Made by a program: the position numbers and the translations under genes. A stretch of DNA of 32,000 nucleotides, taken from assembly GCF_000406145.1 (NCBI RefSeq), contig NZ_CM001976.1:3101337-3133336 (forward strand). The letters are read 5' to 3'. Each line of letters opens with the position of its first letter. The stretch's first letter is position 1. Shown in pieces: positions 1 to 12,000 of the stretch. Below the pieces are notes generated by a model. The model did not search any database. It was given only the letters and a program-made list of their open reading frames with translations, and had not been told where the DNA came from. Origin of the DNA: Dickeya dadantii NCPPB 898. GTDB taxonomy: Bacteria > Pseudomonadota > Gammaproteobacteria > Enterobacterales > Enterobacteriaceae.

Positions 1-3000
1 CACGTTGCCGTTATAAATATCCAGCTTGCTATGCTCAGAGGCCGGGCGAGCAATAAAGCATTCCAGTTTCGTCAGCAGATCATCCATGCTCGTCGCCACG
101 ATGGCCAACCGATGATCAAGCGTGACACGCCCAATCTGGCTGGTGTAGGCCAGATCAGCGAGATGAAGCGCGCTTCCCTGCTGCGTAACAAAGTCACGCA
201 TCTCGACGGCGTAAGCCGCCAGACGCTCCGCCCGGTGTGCCGACAGCACCACTATTTGCGGCCGGTTCTCGGCGTTATCCCTGACGACAGGTGTGTGATC
301 ACGACTGCGCATGAGCGCCTCTTCAGGGGACTCAACCACCACAAATGCGGTAGAACCGCCCATGCCATAGGCGTTAATCCCCGCCAAACGCGTGCCTCTG
401 GCATTGGTGCGCCATTCCTGCGCCTCGCGCGGGAACAGGAACACAGACGTCTCGTGTTCGAACGACGTATTGACGCGATCAAGGTTGACACAGGGCGACA
501 GACGACCGTGCTGCATGCTCAACAGCACCTTAATCAATGAACAAACGCCCGATGCCGCTTCCATATGCCCAAGGTTGGCCTTGGTTCCCAACGCGCAAAA
601 ATGTTGCGCGTGAGTGTGGCGACGCAGCGCGTTGGACAGCGCCTTCAGTTCAATCGGATCGCCCAACTCGGTCGCCGCACCGTGGCTTTCGATATAAGTC
701 AGCTCGTTAACGTCGATACGCGCCTCGTCCAGCGCCCGAACGGCGGTTTCCTCCATCACGGCCAGATTCGGCAAATATTGCCCTGCCCCCGTGCCCGCAT
801 GGCCGATGCTTGAACCGCGCAGCACGCCATAAATATGGTCGCCATCCGCCAGTGCGGCGCTCAGGCGCTTCAGTACCACCATGCCGCTGCCTTCGCTTGG
901 AATCAGGCCATTGGCGCGCTCATCGAAGGTATGTTCCTTGCCGTCCGAAGAGAGCACGTTCATCTCCTGGAGCAGCATATATTTACTGGGGTGGAGGCTA
1001 AGGTTTATGCCGCCGGCGAGCGCCATATCACACTCACCACCGAGAATGGCCTTACGTGCGATGTGCACGCTCGTCAGCGATGAGGCACAGGTGGTGGCAA
1101 CGCTGAAACTCGGGCCGCGCAGATTCATCAGGAACGAAATGCGATTCGCCAGCTCACTGACGACAGAACCGGCCCCCGGATATCGACCCGTGCGGGCATA
1201 AAGTTCGGCCATGACCCAGGTGAAATCTTCATTCATCGCGCCGACATACACGCCCACTTGCTGAGACGTGAGCGCTGACGGGGTGTAACCGGCGTTCTCC
1301 AGGGCATGCCAGGCGGAACGCAGCAAAACACGCACCTGAGGATCGAGACGACTGGCTTCATCACTGCTCATGCGGAACATCTCAGGATCAAAGACATTCA
1401 CGTTGCTGAGGAAACCGCCGCGATTCACGTAACGCGGATTGCCGTTATCGTCCGGCGTGATAGCCCAACGCGCATTCGGGATGGTGGTCAGGTTCTCTTT
1501 GCCCGCCTGAATATCCGCCCAGAAATCCGCCAGATTCTCGGCGCCGGGGAACTCGCCCGCCACACCGATAATCGCCACGGCATCACTGGCGGCATTCACA
1601 CTGGCTGATAACGATGAGCGGGCAGCATGCAACCCCAAGGTATTCGTGGGCGCGTTAGGCATAGCCCGTTTGGCATAAGGCACGGCAGGCGCGTCGGCGT
1701 GATGGCTGTTCACCGTCTCTGCGGTAAGATGCGGCGGCGTCTCTGCCGGCACCTGCCGGCTCTCCTGCGTTGCGCCATAACGTTCGCACAGATACCCGGC
1801 CAGTTTGGCCGTGGTATTAAACTCAAACGGCGCCGTTTTCGGCAGCCCGTCATACTCTTTCTCAAGCACGGCGCGCAATTCCATCAGCATGATGGAATCC
1901 ATACCTAACTGCTCAAAGGTGGCATCCACGGCGATATCGCCGGCGGGAAGCTTGATGATGGCCGAAATACGCTCCCTCAGCGCGTTCTCGCTCTGCATAT
2001 AGGCGCTGCTGCCGGGCGGCGTCGGCTCAACGGCATGTTGCTTGCTGGCCGCGACATTCACGTGCGCCGGCGGTGCAGAGCGCGCCACCTCATCGGCCTG
2101 AATGCGCAGGGCACGGGCAACCTTGTTACGGTCCCCAACCACAACCAGCAATGCAGGGCGTTGTTCGAGCAGCGCGCGTTCGAGGGCGATAATGCCTGCC
2201 TCCTGGTCCAATGCCGCCATGCCGGAGAACGCAAACAGGGTGGCATCCTGTTGTTCGATGTTCATCTGACCGCTGGCCCACAGCGGCCAGTTGATAGAGA
2301 CAGTCTGACCGGCGCGCAGTCCTTTTTTGACCAGGTTGTTGCGCCATACCGCATGGCTATCCATAAAGCGATTACCTGCGGCGTAAGCCCCTGAACCCAA
2401 GTCGCCGAGCACGGCAGAAACGGAAGAGAAGTTGACGAAGACGGAGAGCGGCTCCTGCGCCGTTGCACGGTCGAGGGCCACCAGACCGTCTACCTTCGGC
2501 CCAATCAGCGCGTAAAATTCAGCATCTTGCAGCGCGGTCATCGGTGTTGCGCTGGCGACGCCCGCGCAGTGCAGCACGCCGTCTACTGCGCCGAATGCGG
2601 CTTTGGCTTGTGCAATCAACGCGTCAGCCTGCCCTTCCTGCGCCACATCCGCCGCGATATAGCGCACCTCGGCCCCCAGTTCACGCATCCTAACCAGTTG
2701 CTGCTGGACGGCATCACCTGGCTGGGCCGAGCGGCCGCTCAACACGATACGGGCCTGATAACGGGATGCCAGATAGTGCGCTATCAGCAGCCCCAGCTTG
2801 CCGGCACCGCCGGTGATCACATAGTGACCGCGATGGACGAAGCTCAGGTGCGGTTCGTTGCCGTTTCCGTTGCCATCGGCCTGAGGCGGGGTGATTTCGC
2901 TCAACGTGCGCTGGTAGCGAGCGCCATGTCGATAGGCCAGCTCGACGCCGGCGAGCGGGGTCGGGCGCGGTACCCATTCCTGATAAATCGCACTCGCCAG

Positions 3001-6000
3001 CGCCGCTACGTCATCCGCATCGCTACGCAAGGTGAACAGCTCAAAGCGGTGGTTAATCGTCAGCAACGAGCGGGCATAACCGCTGGCTGCATCGTGCTGT
3101 GGCTCAACCTGATCAGTCTGTGCGGTATAGACGTTAGCGCAGCGCAGCGCCTGCCCCGGCGTTACCGTTTCCAGCGCCACAAACAGGTGCCGTAACGACT
3201 GCAGTCCGGCGTGTAATAGCGGCGCGGCCCCAACGGCCGGGAAGTCATCAAAGTGCTTATCCGCGCCGATTGCATGCACGATGTGGGTAGGCCACATCTG
3301 CTGTGCGGCCAACTGCTCACACAATGTCTGTACGCTGGTTTGAGATTGTGTATCGACGCTGAATCGATGGCTATCGTGCTGGGTAAACGCACTGGCTGGC
3401 GTCACCGCTATCACGCTGGCGTCGTCGCCGTAACGCGCGCGCAGCGCCTCGGCCAGCGTCTCGTCATCGCTGAGCACCAACACCCGTACCGCCGCAGCAC
3501 TCACCGCGGCACCCGATGTCGTCTCCGGCAGTGGCGATGCCTGCCACTCATAGGCATAGTACTGCACGTCTTGCGCGGTCACAGACTGCGCCGTACTGGC
3601 ATCACTCTCCAGTCTACGAGCGGCGAAGTCTTTCAGGCGCGCCAGCACCCGGCCGGTGGTATCCACCAGCGTAATATCGTGCTTTTGAATATTGCCGCCC
3701 ACACTCTGGCCCGACACACTCGACTGCGCTGGCGTCACATAGGCATAACACTCTGTGCCAAGCGGATGGCGCAACTCCAGCTCGCCGAGGAAGAACGGCA
3801 CGATCGGCGTTGAATACGCAGAGGGCTCCAGCCCGACCGCCAGACAGGTACGCAGCGCGCCGTCCAACAGCGACGGATGCAGATAAAACGCATCCGCGGA
3901 ATGTACCCCATCAGGCAGGCGCAAATGACTCAGCGCAGAATCAGCGAAGCGGTAACGTTCACGCGTCACCTGATAGCTGGGGCCATAGGCAAAACCCATT
4001 TTGGCAAAATCAGCATAGATGGCCGCCTGATCGCTTTCGTGTTGGCCGCGGTTACGCAGCGCGTCAAGGTCGATCCATTCATCGGCAATCTCGGTCGTTG
4101 TCGGGCGATAAACCAATTCCGCCTCTACCGAGAGCACATCGGTGTGACGGTTATGGATCGCCACCTGCACGCTTTCGCCATCCGAGTGCGCCAGGTCGAT
4201 TTCCACCTCCACCGGCTCGTCGTCCACCTCGATAGCGTTCATCCACATCAGGTTGCGCATCGTCCCGACGGCCCAATCGTTTCCGATCGCCAGCTGGCCC
4301 GCGGCATGTATCATCTCGATATAGGCCGAGCCGGGTAAGATCACCCGTGCCTCGGCGCTACCAATCACATGGTCACGCAGATAGGGCTCCTGCCCGGTCA
4401 GCTGTTTGATAAATCTCTGCTGCGACAGCGTGGAGGTATTTTCATCTATCAACGGGTGCAGCGATTTAGCGCGGCGTGACTCGCCTGGTTCCGAAGGCAG
4501 CGCCAGCCAATGGCTGCGCGTCATCAACGGCAACGCGGGGAATGAAACCCGACGCACCGCGCCAGATGCCCCACTATCGGCAAAGAGTAACGGCGCGAAC
4601 TGTTGCCAGTTCACATCCAGCATCGCGGTCCACAAGCGGCCCAAACGCAGGAGCTGGCGTTCTTGTACCAACCCGGCCACCAGCTCATCAAGCTGCTTGC
4701 CCTCAAGGATGGTATCCAGACGTTCGCCGCCGCCGGCAACGCGCCCACGAAACAGCTGTTTCGCCGCGCCGTCCTGCCGGTATTGCTCCAACTGACTCAG
4801 TAAATCGCCCAGGCTGCTCGCCACCACCGCGAGACGTTCCGTCATGGCGTCGCGCCCGACCAGCGAAGAAAATGCCAGAGAGTCAAAACCGGGCGCCGTC
4901 TGCGGTTCATATAACGCCTGACGGAGGAAGCTCACCATCCGCGCTACATACAGCGATAAACGTTCTTCGCTATCCGCCGAGAGCACGAACAAGCGCGGTT
5001 CACCACGATGGGCGGCGGTCGATGCAAGTTTTGACGCGTCTTCTTGTGGCGCTTCTTCTATCAGCACATGGGCGTTTGAACCACCCGCACCGAAGGCGCT
5101 CAGGCCGGCACGACGGGGATGATCGGCGGCCGACTCCCACGCCTCAAGCGCCTGCACCACGCGGAACGGCGAGGCAGCGAAGTTAATTTTCCCGTTCAGC
5201 GTCTGTGAGTGCAGCGACGGCACCAGCTTACGATGACGCATCTGTAGCAGGATTTTGGTCAACCCGGCGATGCCGGCGGCGGACTCAAGATGCCCGATAT
5301 TGCTTTTCACCGAACCGATACGGCAGTGACCAGACTGCAGCTCGTTGTTGATCCCCCGCTGTGTATTGATGCGCGAAAAGGCGTTGGCAAGTCCGGAGAT
5401 TTCGATCGGATCCCCCAGCATCGTGCCGGTGCCATGCGCTTCAATGTAGTCCACCGACGCGGGGCGCCAGCCGGCACGCTCGAATGCCGTGCTGATAACG
5501 TTGCTTTGCGCCGCCTGATTCGGCACCGTAAAGCCGCTGGTTTTGCCGCCGTGGTTAATGGCGGTGGCTTTGATCACGCCATAAATTTGGTCGCCATCCG
5601 CTATCGCCTGTTGCAACGGCTTAAGCAACACCGCGCCCACGCCTTCCCCTGGGACATAACCATCGCCGCCTTCGCCGAAGGCCCGGCAACGCCCGTCGCT
5701 GGAAAGGAATTGGTTTTGCCCCAGTTGGTAGTACTTCATCGGGTGCACAATCAAATTGACGCCACCGGCTATCGCCATTTTACAGTCGCCGCTTTGGAGC
5801 GCCTGACACGCGATATGTAGCGCGGTGAGCGACGACGAGCACATGGTGTCCAGCGCCACGCTGGGGCCATTCAGATTGAAGTAGAACGACACCCGGTTGG
5901 CTACCGATGAGTGCAACGACATGGCCCAGCCGGATTCGTGCTGTTTCTCCGTCGTTTCGATGCATTGATACTGCCCCCACATCACCCCGACATACACGCC

Positions 6001-9000
6001 GACCTGCGATTTGCTCAGTGCGTGACGCGAATAGCTGGCATCCGAAACACACTCCCAGGCGGTTTGCAGGAACAAGCGCTCCTGCGGATCCAACAGCTCC
6101 GCTTCGCGGGGCGATATGTTGAAATATTGGCTATCGAACTGATCAATATCATCGATAAACCCGCCCCATTTGCTGTAGACCTTGTTCTTGGGCCCCCGCA
6201 CTGGCGAATAATGTTGGTGATAGTCCCAGCGCGACAGAGGAATGTCGGTAATGCTGTCTACGCCGCCGGTGAGGTTGGCCCAGAATTCATCCACATTTTT
6301 GGCGCCCGGATAGCGGCCGCTCAGCCCGATAACCGCAATGTCATCTTTTACGCCAACCACGCCAACCGGTTCAGTGTCGCCCGACGCATTACGTCTCAGG
6401 GCATCAATACGCGGCGTGTTCAGCAGACTAGCCAGCGTCGGGCGCGCAGCCGGCACCGGCGACGCGGCGTTGTGTTGAAGCGCAGGCTGCTGCGCGGCCT
6501 GTATCGCCTCGGCCCATTCGGCCAGCATCTGATAACGGTAGACGGCGGTGGCACTAACGCCGGTAAAACGCGCATCCAACTCATGCTGTAAGCGAATAAG
6601 AGTGATGGTATCCAGCGGCCACTGCCAGAGCGGCGTCAGTGCAGAGTGGGTTGTCGCTGCCGAACCGACCGCCGCCGTCAAACTGTCAAACACCCCATCG
6701 CCTGTCGCCGATACCGGGTTTGCCGATCGGTCCGGTTCAGCAGCAGGCTCCGCAGCATGAGTGGCGTTTTGCTGCGACAACGCTACCGGCGCCGGCGTGA
6801 CGCTCGCCGTCGCGGGCTGCAAGGCGGCGACCTGCTCGGGATAGCTCTCGCAGAGAAAATCCGCCAGGGAGTCGAGGTCCTGATATTCGTAGAACAGCGT
6901 TTGCGACACCTCGCCGACGCTGGCCGCAAGCTTGCCGTTCAAGGCCAAAATCATCATCGAATCAAGGCCGTAATCCGACAACTGTGTTGCAGGCCGCACC
7001 TCGCCGGCATCTAACCTGGTGACCTCAACTACGCTGGCTATCAGATAATCCAGCACCCCGTCACGTACCGAACGGGCGTTCACAGGCTGCGCTTCACTCG
7101 GTTGCGCCACATTCGGTTGCACCCCACCCGCCGCAGACTCCGCGGGCGTTACGTCAGCAGGCGCCGCCACCTGTTCGGGATAGTTTTCAATCAGGTAATT
7201 AGCCAGTGAAGCGAGGTCTTCGTATTCATAGAAGAGTGTCTGAGGAAGGCCGTCAAAGGTTGCCGAAAGCTTCTCGTTCAAGGCCAGAATCATCATCGAA
7301 TCAAGACCGTAATTCGATAACAGCTCCGTGGCGGTCACGTCGCCGGCATCCAGTTTGGTCACGCTAATGACATGAGCAATCAGCGTATTAACGATAGCCT
7401 CGCGCGAAGGGACCGCGCCAGGCTGCTGACGCGGCGTGGCGGCAATAACCGATGCCGCCGCAACTGGCTGAAGCGTATTGGCGCCGCCTGCGCTCATTTG
7501 CGCGGCGGGCTTCGCGCTCTGCGCCGCACGTAAGGTTCTCATGCCCAAATGCGGCACCGCTTGCGTTTGCAACCGGGTGAGCCTTATCACCACATTGCCG
7601 ATGCTATCGAGCAAGTCGATATGGTAGCTGGCCGTCGCCGCCGAACCGTGGGCGTTATCCCGGCGGGCGTAGGCATAGCAAATCCCGTCAATCGGCCTGA
7701 ATATCTGCAACCGTGCCAGAGCGACCGGAACGTCAAGCGTATTGGTCGTCGCGCTAAAGCCGCCGATGCCCAGCGCGGTGCGTAATGCGCCGTCCAGCAG
7801 TGAAGGCGGCAGGATAAATGGCTGTACCACCGGCGCTATCTGCAAGCCGTCAGGAAACTTCAGCTCCGCCAGCGCCTCTTCGGCATTGGCATACAGACAC
7901 TCCAGCACCTGAAAAGCCGGGCCGAGCGTAAACCCACGCTGCCTGAAAGCCACATCGATATCATTGCGCTGATAAACCTGACCGTTAGTCAGCAGCCTTT
8001 GCAGGTTAGCCGGCTCTGGCTGAGGCGATGTCTCCTCGCACAGGCGGCCGCTGCCGTAGACATGACGTTTGTCGCCCTCCGCCCGGTAAATCTCAAAATC
8101 GAGCCCGCCCTGCGAGGGCGCCAGCGAGATAGCTATATCTATTGCATCACGCTCTATTGCATCACTGGCGACCATAATGGGCTGGCGCCACTTAATATCC
8201 TGCACCTGAGAAAGGACGGGCCTGTCGCCCGAAAGCGGCAGCGCATGACCTTGCAACGCCAGCTCGCTGGCGCTCAATGCCATCTCGATGTAGGCGGCGC
8301 CGGGCAGAATACGGTTATCGCCAAGGCGGTGATCGTTCAGTAAAAATTCGTCCGCGCGCAGCCGTTTGCGGAATGCCTGCGAGGCCAGAGTAGAAATATT
8401 GGCGTCAATCAGCGGGTGCAGCGCGGCAGCACCCGACACCACCGGCCCCAAAAGCACGGCAGGTGAGGTCGGCGCCCAGCAATCCTGGCGCTGGAACGCA
8501 TAACCGGGCAGAGAAACACGCCGACGGGAATGCGCCGCATGCAACTGGCTCCATTCAACCACATGGCCGTTGGCCCATGCCTCGCCCAGCGCACCCAGGC
8601 GCCCCTGTTTTATCCACTCAGCCAACGGCGGCGTTGAGGTAGCCTGACGCGCATTGTCGCGATGGCCGGTGATCAATCCCGATAATTGCTGTTGGGCATA
8701 GGCGCGCAGCATGTTGACCGCATCCGCCGCGACGTCTACGACAAACGCCAGTCGATATTCGTGCGCAACGCGTCCAACTTGCAGTGTATAAGCGACATCC
8801 TGTAGCGACAGTTCAGGATGCGGTTCAACGGCAGAATATTGTTCAATAAAGGTCGCAAGCTGCCCGGCCATGGCTCGCAGCGCGGTTTCACGACGAGCAG
8901 AAAGCACGATCAACGCCGGCTTACCCTTGTCATCGGTAGCCGGCGGCGGCGCAATATATTCTTCAACGATCAAATGCGCGTTGCTGCCCCCCGCCCCGAA

Positions 9001-12000
9001 CGAGCTAATGCCTGCGATACGCGGAATCTCGCTTGCGACGCGCTGACCATTCTCTTGCGTCACGTCGAGTACAGGACGTTGCCATGGTTCCAGCGACTGC
9101 TGAAGACGGAATGGCCCACCCTGAAAGTCGATAAACGGGTTAATCGCTTTTGACTGAATCGACGGCACCAGCGTCCGGTGTTTTATCTGCAGCAGCACTT
9201 TGGTCAACGCCGACATGCCGGCGGCGGCTTCCAGGTGACCGATATTGGCCTTGACCGAGCCGATGGCGCAGTATTTGGTATTCTCTCCGGCGATCGAAAA
9301 CGCCTTATTCAACCCGCTGATTTCAATCGGATCGCCAAGTTTAGTGCCCGTACCATGCGCTTCGACATAGCTGATATGACGCGGATTAACGTTGGCCGCC
9401 TCCAGCGCGTCAACGATCAACTCAGCCTGACGTTTCGCGTTAGGAACCGTAAAGCCGGATGTTTTACCGCCGTGGTTCACCGCCGTGCCGCGAATGATGC
9501 CATAGATATGGTCACCCTCTTCCCGGGCCTGAGACAGAGGCTTAAGCACCACCGCCCCAACCCCCTCTCCCGGCACATACCCCGTGCCGCCTTCACCAAA
9601 ACTGCGGCAGCGACCGTCCGAAGAGAGGAAGTGCATATTGGATAGCAGATGATACTTATAAGGGTGCAGCGACAGGTTGACGCCGCCTGCAATCGCAACC
9701 GGGACATCGCCGCTGCGAATGGCATGACAGGCAATATGGATAGCCGTCAATGACGATGAACAGGCCGTGTCCAGCGCCATACTGGGGCCGGAGAAGTTAA
9801 AGAAGTGCGAAACACGGTTCGCTACCGACCAATAAGATGAATGGGAGGTCGTCCATTCGTCTACGGGGCTGGTGATGGCATGAAGCTGGTAATCCCCCCA
9901 CATCATGCCGACATAGACGCCGACGCGGTTTTCGCGCCCTACCTGCAAGGGTGCGAGCTTATCTGCCGTATATCCAGAGTCTTCAATGGCATGAGCGACG
10001 GTTTCAAGGAACAGCCACTCATTCGGGTCCATGATTTCCGTTTCTTTCGGGGAAATATTGAAATAACGGAGATCGAAGCGTTCAACGTCGGAAAGGAATC
10101 CTCCCCACCGGCTGTAACTTTTCCCTGGCGTTGCCGCGCCTTCCTGAAACCAGCGTTCGTCCCAGCGTTCAGACGGGACATCGATAATGCAGTCACGCCC
10201 TTGCGTCAGATTGCGCCAGAACTGATCGAGATTGTCCGCCTGGGGGTAACGTCCGGCGATACCGATAATGGCAATATCGTCATCGTTTACGACACGCGGC
10301 GATCCCTGCAACCGCTGCACTGGCGCAGCCGCGCGTACGACATCGGCAGCCGGCAAGGCGGCGTTGACGGTCGGTTTTACCACCGCGCTCGCCGACGTCG
10401 TGCCCCGCAGGCCATTACAGGCCTCATGACAGTTCTCAAGCAGGAAGCGGCTAAGCTCTTCCATGGTTTGATATTCAAAGAACAGCGTCATCGGCAACCC
10501 GCTGCCGAATGTCGTTTTCAACGCATTGACCAGTTCAATAACCACGACCGAATCAAAGCCATAGTCACGAAAGAAGCCATTACGCTCGAAATGCGCCGGG
10601 ATTTGTAACTTTCTGGCAAACAGGTCGGACAAATACCGAATAACGACATCCTGTAACGAGTGACGGTCGTCGGCATCGGGAGCGCTCAACGCCTCGCGCA
10701 CCGGCGCCATATCGACAACGCCCAGAACCTCCTCAATGCGCGCATGTTCTCCCGGCATCACCACCATCTGAGCAGCCTGGCTTTGCAGGGCATAATCAAA
10801 AATGGCGATACCGTCTTCGGTCAGCAACGGAATAATCCCAAAATGGCTCTTCAGGAAGCCCTCTTCTTTATCAGTAAGACGCATGCCGCCGTCTTTCCAG
10901 TAGGGCCAGTTCAGAGACAGCGTTTTACCGCTACGTTCGCCCCGTTGTTGCAGTGCGTTACGCTGATAAGAAAAATAATCTTCGAAGGCATTGCCAAAGG
11001 CATAGTCGCATTGACCCATATTGCCTAAGACGCCGGTGACGGAAGAGAAGAGCGCAAAGAAGTCGAGCGGCTGATCGTGTGTGGCGTCATCAAGCAGCCA
11101 GGTGCCGATTGCCTTCGGGGTGACGACCCGCTCAAAGGCTTCACTGCTTTTACGCAGAATAAAGTTATCTTCGATGACGCCGGCAGAATGGATGATACCG
11201 TTCAGCGAGCGGCCCGATGCGCGGATCGCCTCGATTAAACCCTGAACGCTATCCGGATCGCTGATGTCACACGCCAGATAAATGGCATTGCCGCCGAGTT
11301 CATTCAGCTCATCAAGCTGCTGCCGCCGCTTTTCATCCAGCGCGGAGCGTCCGCTCAAATAGACGGTGGCGTCATAGCATGAGCACAGGTAACGAGCGAA
11401 AATCAGCCCCAACGCGCCCAACCCGCCGGTAATCAGGTAGGTTCCCTGCCGGCGCAAAGAAGCCGGGGCGGATAACGGCGGGTTAACCGCATCGGCCCCC
11501 TTCGCGCGCAACGCGGAGCCGGCATACGTTGATAACGGTGCATCCTTGACAAAGCGACGCACCAGACGAGCCCCCTGCACATAGCGCACGTCGGCATCTT
11601 TGGATACGTCGCTGAATTCGCTTTTGATCAACGCCGGGATAGTAACGCCAGCCTGTTTTTCACCATCAATAACCGCGTCGCAATGCACCACATGGCCGAT
11701 ATAGGCTGGTTTTTCGACACGCAAAGTCCGGTAGAAACCACTGATGGCGGAGATATCCGGCACGCTCTCGCCGGCGAGATAGAAATGGACAAACCGAACC
11801 TTTTTGACCTTACGCATCAGCGCTTTAGTCAGCGCGAAGAGGCTGTGAGGGCCACGACTCAGGCGAGCGACCCAATCATCGCCGGTCTGTTCCGCATTGA
11901 CCCAAAGCACCTGCTCAAACGTTGCTCCCCGCGACAACAGCGCATCCACCGCCGCAATGAAGTCGTCTCCATTGCCCGGGCGAACCCACGCGCGATCCGG

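Larger units (their letters stand above)
6835..7410 (-). repeat. Intragenic tandem duplication encoding the two ACPs (period 339 nt = 113 codons)
   Basis: The two GLDSMMILALN cores are exactly 339 nt apart. The surrounding nucleotide sequence is visibly similar, e.g. the shared ttcaaggcca(g/a)aatcatcatcgaatcaag(a/g)ccgtaat. Confidence 0.75.

Noticed and set aside
6835-7410. Regularly spaced repeat that might be taken for a CRISPR or other non-coding array.
   Set aside because: There are only two copies with a 339-nt period. They are in frame and encode duplicated ACP domains. No CRISPR-like array exists anywhere in the window.
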